Counted from the stretch's first letter, positions 39,501 through 49,267 are shown. The stretch: DNA of 64,000 nt from an uncultured Candidatus Saccharibacteria bacterium (GCA_964490365.1 CAZBAG010000002.1:6411-70410), one strand, 5' to 3'. Notes: a model not told the origin generated them from the letters alone. A program made the numbers and translations.

Positions 39501-42300
39501 ACATCTGCTTTTCAGAAGAAAGAGAGAAGAATTCAGGCGAAAGTTTGAGCATTTGCTTTTCAGACAAACTATAGTCTGCTAGTTTATTTTTTACCTGTTC
39601 ACTCGCAAAACCAAAGTCTTCTCTATTTTTTTCAGCATCGTCTTTTGCGATCCTTTCTATCAGAGTCTGATTGTCTCCACCTGAGGGAAGTCCTCGCCCT
39701 TTTGCGATTTCAATAAGTTTTGTCTTGTCAAAGTTTTCATAACCTTTTTCTAAAACTTCTGCAAAAGATTTTTGTTCACGCGCCACTTCCGCTGCACCTC
39801 TCTCTTGTTTTAGGAAGACCTTTGCACCTTCAGAAACCCCTCGTGCGCTTAATTCATATTGCTCTTTTCTTTGAGCGTCTCTTCTACTCATTTCTGCATC
39901 GACTTGATCTTTGTACTTGTTGTAAAAAACCATCTCTGACTCTGTCAAAGAAATTTTTCCTTCTTTAATTCTATCTCCTGTAACAAGTGAATCAACAAAC
40001 TCATCTACTGTTTCTTCTTCTGAGGCTTGTTCAGTAGTACTCTCAGTTGAAACATTTCCATCTCCTTCTTTTTTAAAATCTCCTGCTTTCACATGGTGCC
40101 AAAAGACAAACTGTCTTTCTGTTTCGGTGAGATTTCCGTAAGTTTCAAGACTCCAGCCATTACGCTCGAGCTCTTCCTTATTCTTTTCAAAATCATCTAA
40201 GGCCTGTCTTCTTAACCTCTTTTCTTCGATGAGTTTTTTGATTTCTTCTGGGTTTGCTGGGGCAACTTTTTCTATAACCGATGGTGTGAGCCCTCCTACG
40301 GTTTTTTGTTCAGCAATACGAGAAACATCTGCACTATTTTTATTGTTTAATAAATCGATGAGTTCGCCCTTGGACACTTTACGGGTTGATGAATAGTAGC
40401 TTCCATCATGGCCAGCATATTCTTCTTTAAACGTATAGAAACCTTCCCCTGAAGTAACAGGTGCTGACTCTTTTAAAGAATCTTGTTGTGGGAATTGTGC
40501 AACAACAGTAGGTGCACCTTCTTTTCGTATTTGTTTTTTAAAAATTTCGTCTCGTTCTTCAATTGAAAAATTGAGGATTTCTTCTCGAGAGTAACCAAGG
40601 TCAAAAAGAGATAGGCTGCCAGATCCTTCTTTTGTAGTATCGAGTACTTCTTTTACCTCTTCAACAGATGCACTTTGTTCATCAATTTTGAATGGATCAA
40701 CAAGATCTTTGGCTCCTCCGCGAAAAACTTCTGGACTCAAGGCTGGAGTAACAGGTGGCCAGTGACGAACAACGCCGTCTTTGAGCTGGACGTCTTGTGG
40801 CGGCCAATGATGTATTTTTTCACCACCCTTAAGTGAAGACGCTCTAGACATTAAGATCTCTATGTCTCCATCGATTTTTCTGACTTCGTCTTGATTCTTC
40901 TCCTGCTCGGCCTTTCTTCTGTCTTTTCTAAAAGCTTCAATGAGAAAATTAATATTTTTTAACTCATGTTCACTGGTTGACCTTTTAAAGGGATCCTCGA
41001 GATCTTTCGCCCCTCCACGGAAAGTTTCTGGTGATTGAACAGAGCTTTTATTTTCATTTGAATATTTTTTACGACTCTCGACAATCCATTCATCGCGAGA
41101 CATTTTTTTATCAAGAATATTTTTTCTATCTTCTTCGGAAACAACATGAAGGATTTCGTTTGCACTAAATCCTAATGCTAAAAGATCTTTAGATTCGGGA
41201 ATTTTATTAAGAGAAAATTGTATTTCTTTTTCTTCTGAATCATCGAATGAAGAAATCCAGTCCTTTTTGTTGATATGCGTATGTAAAATAGTATGAATTT
41301 CTCTATCAGAAAGACCAATAACATCTTCATTGGAAAAACCTAATTCATGGAGCGAATCTATGTTATTTCCAAGAGATTCTATTTTTTTTATCTTTCGTCG
41401 TTCTTCAATATAAAAATTAATGTCTTCATCTGAGAAAGCTTCGATTTCTTTTAAATCAATACCTGTATCAATCATTTCAAGTAATGATTCTTTATATTCA
41501 AGATCATTACTTATACGATCAATGAATTGATTGAGGCCTGCTATTCTAGAAGATAGCTCAGTGGTGTCTTGACCTTTATTTGTTTGATCTTTCTCCTCTC
41601 TTGTAAGCTGTGCAATAATTCTTTGTGTTTCAGGAATTTTCTCACGAAGCTTGCTCACCTCACCTTCAAGATTAATGCGCTCACTGACATATAAAATATT
41701 TTCTCTATCTTTACTCTTTTTATTTTCGCGTAGAGCAGCAAGTTGATCTTCCACAATTCCTACTGATTGTTCTTTAGAGTAAGGGCGTTTTCTAGAATCT
41801 CCACTTGCAGTGAAATATCTTTCGGCAATAGTAAGATAACCTTTTGCATGTTGCAATTCACCATTATAGGTATCTCCGTCTTTTACCCTCCTCTGTTCTT
41901 TAATTTCTTCCAATCTTTGTAATACCCTTTCTTTAATTTTAAGATCTCTTTTATTTGGCTCCTTTAACTCTTGAACCACTTGAGTATAAAAGAGGCCTTT
42001 TCTGTCCACGGGCTCTCCGGAACCTTGGACAGCATCGATTAAGCCTAGTTTTGGTGTCGGATTTTCTTGTGTTTTATCATAGAAAACGTGAGCAGAAGAA
42101 AAACCCCCTCCGGCTTTCTCTGACCATGTATCATCGGCAGATTTTCTAGAAACTAGCCCCTGTGAAGGTTCAGAATTGGTATCCTCGACCTCACTTACTG
42201 TTGATACGGGCGATGATTCTTCGGCTCTTTTTCTTCTATATTCAAAGGCTTCATCAGATAGTCCAATTCTTTGCCTCTCTAATCTATTTTTGGGAGCCAT
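36517..42300 (-). CDS. Giant (~1930 aa) charged protein with internal repeats, a SAP-like motif and Gly/Ala hydrophobic segments
   Basis: Single long ORF; LIEIAKGRGLPSGGDNQTLIERI; repeated LxxLGF/YSxxE motif. Confidence 0.75.
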   Translation of the reverse strand: MAPKNRLERQRIGLSDEAFEYRRKRAEESSPVSTVSEVEDTNSEPSQGLVSRKSADDTWSEKAGGGFSSAHVFYDKTQENPTPKLGLIDAVQGSGEPVDRKGLFYTQVVQELKEPNKRDLKIKERVLQRLEEIKEQRRVKDGDTYNGELQHAKGYLTIAERYFTASGDSRKRPYSKEQSVGIVEDQLAALRENKKSKDRENILYVSERINLEGEVSKLREKIPETQRIIAQLTREEKDQTNKGQDTTELSSRIAGLNQFIDRISNDLEYKESLLEMIDTGIDLKEIEAFSDEDINFYIEERRKIKKIESLGNNIDSLHELGFSNEDVIGLSDREIHTILHTHINKKDWISSFDDSEEKEIQFSLNKIPESKDLLALGFSANEILHVVSEEDRKNILDKKMSRDEWIVESRKKYSNENKSSVQSPETFRGGAKDLEDPFKRSTSEHELKNINFLIEAFRKDRRKAEQEKNQDEVRKIDGDIEILMSRASSLKGGEKIHHWPPQDVQLKDGVVRHWPPVTPALSPEVFRGGAKDLVDPFKIDEQSASVEEVKEVLDTTKEGSGSLSLFDLGYSREEILNFSIEERDEIFKKQIRKEGAPTVVAQFPQQDSLKESAPVTSGEGFYTFKEEYAGHDGSYYSSTRKVSKGELIDLLNNKNSADVSRIAEQKTVGGLTPSVIEKVAPANPEEIKKLIEEKRLRRQALDDFEKNKEELERNGWSLETYGNLTETERQFVFWHHVKAGDFKKEGDGNVSTESTTEQASEEETVDEFVDSLVTGDRIKEGKISLTESEMVFYNKYKDQVDAEMSRRDAQRKEQYELSARGVSEGAKVFLKQERGAAEVAREQKSFAEVLEKGYENFDKTKLIEIAKGRGLPSGGDNQTLIERIAKDDAEKNREDFGFASEQVKNKLADYSLSEKQMLKLSPEFFSLSSEKQMYLFSKLEQKIYRDTDFASKDKNEEEMKKMGFWKRLSASFAKGQRQVSLREQMIQKIKSGGILEYGQDISALNTYLLDTPELRYEPNEKGRLVPYFEYVDTASSDKKFETPKTFLNISASRFGEVPFEWSLPSATSRQREMYQQAFSSYTGAKESYVKSILDEAAKKNPNLSSEERTTLEKKARLEMMRTDAKVRFGSFITQNPEMETLSASFVEKVLGAKANDFTRGALFAGAGFATKWLGRSMAVTGVGLGASAAVGGYMAYRKKNLEYTEKELRQRYGKESNDLWLKKPANSSNVYGRLEKLVGQLEKTTDEKSKQKILETIKTRIFVTEELMRDGRINFGNQKEQTANEFKLAEMMSKAAISVEMNGGFTKEKTKEEELLERFKEFVQDSDVQNEKNTVRALALTKGAAVGLLGFEIGYGLRYAQEHGYLGAVWEVISEKGAEGFNKAKELLSSLSSEDAEFGTSKGAILESSNTPSPNQTNVEVEKVMAGARGAIGAIDDLQDKLRDKFGTAVPEQYQEFLSKDPNKLAQEWGFYKPGEAEESAVIKKGEGFSIDQRGVIRFAGLNGAEEVYVPENVKDVTVPGSERKFFDASQMESANVAQKPSVVETEVLSESRTPATSGALDTSNQNSTVRGSIPEERGSIADTRPGQRTVVNPLEATNPSVRGEWKFTTSPEGKITGINTSKTISEDVLRFRRNPRSFMTEDLSSTTLLAKTDSFAVKTLTNNRELIEQLLVQKNILNTPTANLTAEESLFLKQNVLKLNKEIVLKTGGAFNGKYDEVAIAEQLGRKPIHFSTDNPIEPKVNPSITSTIEDSPSTSQKATVPAEESVGRRKPADALERIQKIREEKLAQANTPESPVKSPSESGVSVVSLSANEKTYSFNTENIKGKIRFVFDERGAITDVQDSTFTVIKGLDRPETLLKDDWMTKVKQYSIDEATGIKKIRSDMKALKEHLIILEEGKFTPNSLEYKYLLSQVNAFKAKYVDILK

Positions 42301-42348
42301 AATGAAATTATTATACAACAAATTTTGACAAAAACCCCAAGCTTTGGT

Positions 42349-42357
42349 TTATCCACA
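42349..42357. promoter_or_regulatory. DnaA box in a divergent promoter region
   Basis: TTATCCACA, an exact consensus match. Confidence 0.45.
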
Positions 42358-42471
42358 AATCGATTGACTCTCTTCTTGGGGTAGGATACCATCTTACTTA
42401 CGTGTTGATTTGAGGGTACGAACTGTAAACCAAATTTCAAATATACATTGTGAAATAAAGGTTTTTCTGGA

Positions 42472-43602
42472 ATGTTAATCAACAATAAACCAAAAAGGCT
42501 TATTAAAACACCACAACAAGACCCAGATTCCTCTCAATATAAAAAGTTTTCGGGACGGGTATCAAATAGCTTTAAGAAATGGCTTTTCATTGGAAAAGCT
42601 TCTATCCCTTTTGCCCTTACATTCTCTCTTGTGGTGTTACCTATCGCACAATCAGGTGCTGATGAAGTGATAAAATCAAAAAATTTGAACTCAAATTCTC
42701 AAAATCTTAAGATTTTGAGATCTGAAATGTCACTTGGAACTGGAGGACCTACCGGCGGAGCTGAAATCATGATTGAAGAAAACGCCCTTATGGCAACAGC
42801 GCCAGGAACAGAAGGTGAGAAAACAAAGATAACAAGCTCTACGAACGATGAAATTAGCGTCTATACAGTACGAGAAGGAGATACTCTCTCTCAAATAGCA
42901 GAAATGTATGGTGTAAAAGTAAGCACGATACGAGGATTTAACAACATTCGAAAAGATAGCGATCTTAAAGTGGGACAAGAAATTCTTGTGCTTCCAGTAG
43001 ATGGTGTTGCTTACACGGTAGAAAAAGGAGACACGCTCGCAAGTGTTGCAAAAAAATGGAAGAGTGACGAAACAGATATTGCTATTTTCAATGATATTAG
43101 TGAAGATGGAAAACTAGTTGTTGGTTCTGAGATTATTATTCCAAACGCGGAGGCGCTTCCTGTTGAACCAGTAAAACCAGCCACAGGAACAAAGGTTACG
43201 GTGTCTACAAAAACATCTACTGCTCCAAATGGTAGCTATCCGGCAGGGTTCTACGGCCACCCAGTACCACGAGGTTCTGTAAAAAGCCAAGGGTTCCATG
43301 GTCCATACCAAGCACAAGATCTTGCGGCAAAAGAAGGGACTGATATTGTTGCTTCATCTGCTGGTCGAGTAATTGCTGTTCGATACGGCTGGAGCGGAGG
43401 ATACGGAAATATGATCATCATTGACGATGGACGAGCAAATGTACTCTACGCTCACATGAGTAAAATCGAAGTAACCCAAGGTCAAACGATTTCACAAGGA
43501 GAAAAAATTGGTGAAGTTGGAAACACGGGACGTTCAACAGGTCCACACCTACACATTGAATACCGAGGAAAGAAAGGCCCGATGAAAACCCCAGTATGGT
43601 AA
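42472..43602 (+). CDS. LysM x2 plus M23 peptidase
   Basis: YTVREGDTLSQIA and YTVEKGDTLASVA; YAHMS and GRSTGPHLH. Confidence 0.93.
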   Translation: MLINNKPKRLIKTPQQDPDSSQYKKFSGRVSNSFKKWLFIGKASIPFALTFSLVVLPIAQSGADEVIKSKNLNSNSQNLKILRSEMSLGTGGPTGGAEIMIEENALMATAPGTEGEKTKITSSTNDEISVYTVREGDTLSQIAEMYGVKVSTIRGFNNIRKDSDLKVGQEILVLPVDGVAYTVEKGDTLASVAKKWKSDETDIAIFNDISEDGKLVVGSEIIIPNAEALPVEPVKPATGTKVTVSTKTSTAPNGSYPAGFYGHPVPRGSVKSQGFHGPYQAQDLAAKEGTDIVASSAGRVIAVRYGWSGGYGNMIIIDDGRANVLYAHMSKIEVTQGQTISQGEKIGEVGNTGRSTGPHLHIEYRGKKGPMKTPVW

Positions 43603-43629
43603 AAAAACGCTCTCAGTTGAGAGCGTTTT

Positions 43630-45129
43630 TTATATATACTCTTTTGGTCGATAGGCCAATGCTTCAAGAATATGCTTGTTTACAATATTGTCACTATTAT
43701 CAAGATCAGCGATTGTTCGAGCGAGCTTAATCACTCGATGGTACGCACGTGCGGAGAGTCCAAGTTTTTCAGCCGACATATTCAAAATCTGCTTCACTTC
43801 AGGAGAAAGAATAACTGTTTTTTCTAAATCTCGAACAGACATTTCACTATTTGTTTTAGCTTCAGAATTTTGAAGCCTTTTGTTCTGACGTTCACGAGCT
43901 CGCAACACTCTTTGTGTAATAACACTACTTGATTCTCCACTTTTTTCTTTGGTACTTAAGAGTTCATAGTCAATTTTTGGAACATCAACCCACATATCTA
44001 TTCTATCGATAATGGGTCCAGAGATTTTCTTTTTATATCTTACAATATCACTTGCCGTAGCATTGTCTGGTGGAGGGTTCATCGCCGCAATAAGAATAAA
44101 ATTTGTAGGAAACACTGCTGTACCTTTTGAACGAGCAATATGTACAACTCTATCTTCAAGTGGTTGCCGAAGAGACTCAAGTACTCGTCTATCAAACTCT
44201 GGAAATTCATCTAAAAATAAAACTCCTTTGTGAGCGAGTGTAACCTCTCCCGGCTTTGGAAATGTTCCCCCGCCGATAACAGATACATAACTTGATGTAT
44301 TGTGGGGCGAGCGAAACGGTGACTGTGTTACAAGAGCTCCGTCCAATATTCCAGCAACACTATGTATTTTAGTAATTTCTAAAATATCTTCTTTCGAGAG
44401 TGGTGGCAAAATACCAGAAAAAGCACGAGCCAACATTGTCTTACCTGTTCCCGGTGGTCCATACATGGCAATATTGTGTCCACCAGCAGCCGCTATCTCA
44501 AGCCCGCGCTTTGCAACATCTTGTCCGCGAATATCAGAAAAGTCATTATGTGCTTTTGTTTGCTGTGAAATAATTTCTGTTATAGGTTGGACCACCAAAG
44601 AAAACTGCTCTTCTTCTTTAAGATGGTTAATAACGTCGAGCAATGTTTTTGCTGGGAAAATAGCTATTCCTTCTACAAGAGCGGCTTCTTCTCTATTCGC
44701 GAAAGGAACGAACACCTCTTCGAAACCAAGATCGTAAAGCGTTGTTACAAGTGCCAAGATTCCTTTTACCGGTTTAAGGTCACCATTTAAAGAAAGTTCT
44801 CCGATAAATGCCTTCTTGTCAGGGTTAAAGAGTAGTGCGTCATTAGAAAGCAAATAACCAAGAGCTATCGCTAAATCAAAATATGATCCTTCTTTCTTAA
44901 CCGAAGCAGGAGAAAGGGAAACGGTAATTTTTTGATTACTCTGTTTAGGAGATGTAAGCCCTGAATTTTTGATAGCTGAGCCGACTCGATCACGAGCCTC
45001 TTCAACAGCTTTGTCAGCAAGACCAACAACCGAGAAGTTGTGCAGACCTCTCGAGATATCTGTTTCTATGGTTATCAATTGCCCGTCCAAAACATTCACT
45101 TGAGCAGAATACACTCGTGAGAATGACAT
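43630..45129 (-). CDS. comM: YifB/ComM Mg-chelatase-like AAA ATPase
   Basis: GPPGTGKT, FRSPH, PGEVTLAHKGVLFLDE and LSARAYHRVIKLARTIADL. Confidence 0.93.
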   Translation of the reverse strand: MSFSRVYSAQVNVLDGQLITIETDISRGLHNFSVVGLADKAVEEARDRVGSAIKNSGLTSPKQSNQKITVSLSPASVKKEGSYFDLAIALGYLLSNDALLFNPDKKAFIGELSLNGDLKPVKGILALVTTLYDLGFEEVFVPFANREEAALVEGIAIFPAKTLLDVINHLKEEEQFSLVVQPITEIISQQTKAHNDFSDIRGQDVAKRGLEIAAAGGHNIAMYGPPGTGKTMLARAFSGILPPLSKEDILEITKIHSVAGILDGALVTQSPFRSPHNTSSYVSVIGGGTFPKPGEVTLAHKGVLFLDEFPEFDRRVLESLRQPLEDRVVHIARSKGTAVFPTNFILIAAMNPPPDNATASDIVRYKKKISGPIIDRIDMWVDVPKIDYELLSTKEKSGESSSVITQRVLRARERQNKRLQNSEAKTNSEMSVRDLEKTVILSPEVKQILNMSAEKLGLSARAYHRVIKLARTIADLDNSDNIVNKHILEALAYRPKEYI

Positions 45130-45216
45130 ATTTCTATATTAACAACAGATAGAACATTTATTAAATAGATAATTTTAAACGTGTGTAAAAATCCCACACA
45201 GAGTGTGGGATTTTTG

Positions 45217-45576
45217 TTAGTCGTTCATATGCTCTTTACATGTTCGTGCTGCAGGGTTTGCAAGGAGTCTGTCTTCTTCAATATCTTTGCCTGAAATTTC
45301 ACACTTTCCGAAACTTCCATCTGCGCGCTCAATTTTTGCAAGTGCATTTTTAACATCAAGATAACGTTTTTCAAGTTGCCCCAACATATTTGCTCGTATC
45401 GCAAAATCTTCATCAAAATCTGCGGCGTCATTTTTGTCTGAGACTTCTGCTTCGCCTTCTTTTTGATATGCACCCCAATCTCCTGTTTCAGGATCCATAA
45501 TACCAAGATCAGAAAGTTCCATTTCAAGTTTTGCACGTTCTTCTAAGAGTATTCCTCTTAACGTTTGTATATCCAT
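45217..45576 (-). CDS. TraR/DksA family protein with a degenerate zinc finger
   Basis: ALAKIE..FGKCEISGKDIEEDRLLANPAARTCKEH. Confidence 0.85.
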   Translation of the reverse strand: MDIQTLRGILLEERAKLEMELSDLGIMDPETGDWGAYQKEGEAEVSDKNDAADFDEDFAIRANMLGQLEKRYLDVKNALAKIERADGSFGKCEISGKDIEEDRLLANPAARTCKEHMND

Positions 45577-45592
45577 ATAGTTATAGTAACAA

Positions 45593-46528
45593 TTATTTAA
45601 TACTTTGTGAATTTATTCTTTTAACAATTTCTTCAACGGAAGCACTATGATTTGTCATAAGAATGGTACTTCTGTCGAGATACACATACGAAAACACAAG
45701 TGTCCCATCTTCATCATATAGATTTCTTGATTCTTTATTAAAAGTAACACCACTTTGAAATTCTCTAAAAAAGATATCTCCCGTAAACGATTTTGGATCT
45801 ATCTGGAAAAGTCGTACGAGGTCATTTGCCATTGAAATTTCCCAATCTTTCATAGCAGAAAATGACTGATTAAAATCTTTTACTTTAAAAATTAAGAAAA
45901 GATTACCTTCATCTTCAACCTTGTATACACCCAGCATAAATTGACCCGTTAGGGTGTTCACAACACTTTCTGGAATTTTTATACCAAGCTTATTAAATAA
46001 GATAGTGACAGGAATAAGTGTACGACCAGCGGCTGCCTGGCTCGTCATAGACATATTGGTAATGGTTTCATTTTCAGCGAAAGAAGCTTTGGCTGTGGTA
46101 TGTATTGTAGTAAACAGATTTCCTCGCGTGAGATTTGTAACATCTGTCTGAGTTTGATTTTCAGAATAAATAAGACTTGGAGATGTAATTGGTGCGACCA
46201 CAGAAACCGGTGCCTCTCTGTTCATAATGGTATATACAAAAATAAGAATACCGGCGACGATAAACATCACACCAAGCAAGATGACAATAAGATTTCGTGT
46301 ACTTGTTGGATCTTTTTGCTCTTTATAGGCTTGTCGTCGTTCCTGTTCGGCGAGAGCAATCTTAATCACCGAACCTTTTTCACGCCGCATAATATCACCA
46401 ATATCGGCAGCATACGTTCGAATACCAACACCAACTTTTTTGGTTTCTGTTGTCTCCTTTGCTCCAGAGGTATCGGTTGTTTTTTCTAATTCATTTTTTA
46501 AGATATCTCTATCTTGATCCAAAGTCAT
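45593..46528 (-). CDS. Single-TM hypothetical protein
   Basis: IRTYAAD motif; TM; FSAMKDWE. Confidence 0.7.
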   Translation of the reverse strand: MTLDQDRDILKNELEKTTDTSGAKETTETKKVGVGIRTYAADIGDIMRREKGSVIKIALAEQERRQAYKEQKDPTSTRNLIVILLGVMFIVAGILIFVYTIMNREAPVSVVAPITSPSLIYSENQTQTDVTNLTRGNLFTTIHTTAKASFAENETITNMSMTSQAAAGRTLIPVTILFNKLGIKIPESVVNTLTGQFMLGVYKVEDEGNLFLIFKVKDFNQSFSAMKDWEISMANDLVRLFQIDPKSFTGDIFFREFQSGVTFNKESRNLYDEDGTLVFSYVYLDRSTILMTNHSASVEEIVKRINSQSIK

Positions 46529-46600
46529 AGAAATAGTTTACCATACGTTGTTTGTTTTAAGAGAAAGAAAAAGCCCGCTTGCAATTGCAAACAGGCTTCG

Positions 46601-46674
46601 TGGAGGGGACAGGATTTGAACCTGCGACACCAAGACTTATACCCTTGTGCTCTACCAGCTGAGCTACGCCCTCC
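46601..46674 (-). tRNA. Atypical tRNA-like gene, anticodon ATA (Tyr-like), possibly a pseudo-tRNA
   Basis: GGAGGG(C)G-TA-GCTC..GAGC-A-CAAGG-GTATAAG-TCTTG-GTGTC-GCAGG-TTCAAAT-CCTGT-CCCCTCC-A. Confidence 0.6.
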
Positions 46675-46702
46675 TCTCTAATACTAAGGTCCTTAAACTT
46701 CG

Positions 46703-46776
46703 AGCTGGGGGTGGGACTCGAACCCACGACCTTGTGTATGTGAATCACACGCTCTAACCAGCTGAGCTACCCCTGC
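46703..46776 (-). tRNA. Atypical tRNA-like gene, anticodon CAC (Val), possibly a pseudo-tRNA
   Basis: Cloverleaf with intact D and T arms; A:A mismatches at 3:70 and 31:39; discriminator T. Confidence 0.6.
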
Positions 46777-46875
46777 TTATTTCCGAACACAATGAACGTA
46801 CTCGAACTATATTACTTACTAGTTTAAAATTGTCAAAGAAAAAACCAGCATCTTATAGTGCTGGTTTTTTCTTGT

Positions 46876-48978
46876 TTATGCTTTAGGATTTTTTATAAAA
46901 TCCTTGTTAGCTTCTTTAATAGAAAGTCCAAGTTTACCCATTTCGTTTTTAATAACTTTAACTGGAACAACTTGTCCGAGTTTTAAAACCTCTTCTACTT
47001 TTTCTACTCGAAATGGTGCAATTTCAGAAATATGTATCATGCCTTCTTGTCCATTCATCATTTTCGCAAAGGCGCCAAAGTCTTTAATACCGACAATCTC
47101 TGCATTCGAAACATCTCCTACTTTCCACTCGTGTGTCATATTTTCAATAATCTTTTTCGCTTGTTCTGGACCCTCTGCCTTTCCTGTAATAAATACCGTT
47201 CCGTCATCTTCAATAGTAATTTCAGTTTTTGTCTTTTCTCGAATTTCATTAATTGTCTTTCCTCCCGATCCAATCACCATACCAATTTTTTCTGGACTTA
47301 TTTTCACCACCACAATCTTTGGAGCAAATGGTGAAATATCTTTTCGCGGCGCTGGTATTGCCTCTTTAATTGTCTGTAAAATTGCACTTCGTGCTTTCAA
47401 ACTCTGCATCATTGCTTCAGTAAGAATTTTTCTTGAAACACCATCAACTTTTACATCAAGTTGTATCGCAGTGAGCCCATGCTCTGTTCCGGCAACTTTA
47501 AAATCCATATCACCATAATGATCTTCTGGGCCTTGTATGTCAGTTAAGATTTTATAGTTCTGTTCATCTTTATACATAAGCCCCATAGCAATACCTGCAA
47601 CAGGTGCTTTGATTGGAACACCGCCATCCATGAGGGCAAGCGTCGAAGCACAAATAGAAGCTTGAGATGTTGAACCGTTGGACGACATAGCTTCCGAAAC
47701 TAATCGGATCGTGTACGGAAAATCAACCTTACTTGGTAGCACAACTTCAAGAGCTTTTTCTGCAAGTGCCCCGTGTCCTACCTCACGACGGTTTACAAAA
47801 CCTGCTCGGCCCATCTCACCAACTGAAAACGGTGGGAAATTGTAGTGATGCATGAAGCTCTTACTTTCTTCTGTTTCCATGCCATCAATAAGCTGAGCAT
47901 CTTCTGGTCCACCCAAGGTAAGCGCTGTAAATATATGTGTTTCACCTCGATAGAAAATACCACTGCCGTGAAGCACAGTCGAAAAACCACCTGCTTGCGC
48001 GTACAGTCCACGAAGTTCATCCATGGCTCGGCCATCTGCTCGCACATTGTTTTCTATCGCTTCACTGTGCAAAAAACTATCGAGCTCTGCTTCAAAATAA
48101 TCTATCTCTTTTTTAAAGTTTTCTTGTTCTGGAAACTGTGTCTTTAGGAGCTCCTTCCACATACTTTTTAGTTCTTCCATTTTCGCTTTTCCAGAGGTAC
48201 CAGTAATTGCATGCTCCTTCAGCACAGGACGAATCTTGTCTTCAAACAACGCCAATACTTCATTGGTTAACGTTAAAATTTCTAAAACTTTTTTCGGCGC
48301 TCCAATATCTTTACGAATCTCTTGTTGCCACATTTCAAGTTTAGCGATTTCGACTTCTGCTTTAGCTAAGCCCGCTGCAATAACATCTTCGGGTATTTGA
48401 TATGCAACTGCTTCAATCATATTTATTTTATTATCCTTTCCGCAGACAATAAGATCGTATTCAAAACCTTCTCCTCGAGTTTTTTGTGATGGATTCACAA
48501 GGTATTCTCCATTTCGTTCTATAACACGAACCGCGCCAATTGGCCCATTCCAAGGAATGTTTGAAGTATGAAGAACGAGAGAGGCACCATTCACCGCAAG
48601 AATTCCAGGGTCAATACTTTCATCCATCGCCAAAACTGTAGCGATCACCTGCACGCCATATTCCATGTGCTGATGAAAGAGTGGCCTGAGTGTTCTATCG
48701 ATAACACGCCCAGCGAGAATCGCTTCATCGGTTGGCTTACCTTCTCGCTTCATAAAACGTCCACCTCCAATTTTTCCTGATGCGTAAAACTTTTCAATAT
48801 AGTCAACCGTAAGATTAAAGAAATCAGTAGTGCTTTTTTCTTTTGACATCACCGCTGTCACAAGCACCCTAGTTTCTCCACACGCCATAATTACAGATGG
48901 TGATTGTTCTACTAAATTAGAAAAAGTTGCTGTTATCTTTTTACCTCCAATCTCCACTCCATATTCTTTTTTATTCAT
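46876..48978 (-). CDS. pnp: Polyribonucleotide nucleotidyltransferase
   Basis: RVIDRTLRPLF, HYNFPPFSVGE, DIQGPEDHYGDMDFKVAGT; KH and S1 domains. Confidence 0.98.
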   Translation of the reverse strand: MNKKEYGVEIGGKKITATFSNLVEQSPSVIMACGETRVLVTAVMSKEKSTTDFFNLTVDYIEKFYASGKIGGGRFMKREGKPTDEAILAGRVIDRTLRPLFHQHMEYGVQVIATVLAMDESIDPGILAVNGASLVLHTSNIPWNGPIGAVRVIERNGEYLVNPSQKTRGEGFEYDLIVCGKDNKINMIEAVAYQIPEDVIAAGLAKAEVEIAKLEMWQQEIRKDIGAPKKVLEILTLTNEVLALFEDKIRPVLKEHAITGTSGKAKMEELKSMWKELLKTQFPEQENFKKEIDYFEAELDSFLHSEAIENNVRADGRAMDELRGLYAQAGGFSTVLHGSGIFYRGETHIFTALTLGGPEDAQLIDGMETEESKSFMHHYNFPPFSVGEMGRAGFVNRREVGHGALAEKALEVVLPSKVDFPYTIRLVSEAMSSNGSTSQASICASTLALMDGGVPIKAPVAGIAMGLMYKDEQNYKILTDIQGPEDHYGDMDFKVAGTEHGLTAIQLDVKVDGVSRKILTEAMMQSLKARSAILQTIKEAIPAPRKDISPFAPKIVVVKISPEKIGMVIGSGGKTINEIREKTKTEITIEDDGTVFITGKAEGPEQAKKIIENMTHEWKVGDVSNAEIVGIKDFGAFAKMMNGQEGMIHISEIAPFRVEKVEEVLKLGQVVPVKVIKNEMGKLGLSIKEANKDFIKNPKA

Positions 48979-49100
48979 CCCGTTAGAGATAGTACATTTT
49001 TAATGTGCGTATCTTATTATAAATTTATAAATATCTTCTATCTTCTACTTCTCCACCATGTTCCGTAGAGATTATATAAACTGAACATCTCTAACGGGAT
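48977..49100. mobile_element. Inverted-repeat-bounded element at the pnp start
   Basis: Perfect 14 bp IR: ATCCCGTTAGAGAT (48977-90) and ATCTCTAACGGGAT (49087-100). Confidence 0.7.
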
Positions 49101-49267
49101 AAATCCTCTATAAGCTTATTTTCGAGCCTTAGGATTGAAACTTTTGTTTCAACGCTACTCGCCCGAAAATAAACAAATTAAATTTAATATTTTGAGTATA
49201 AATTTTTCTACATATAAAAACAAGAACACCGACCCATTGGGTCGGTGTATCTCTTTGGTTGGTTTGA

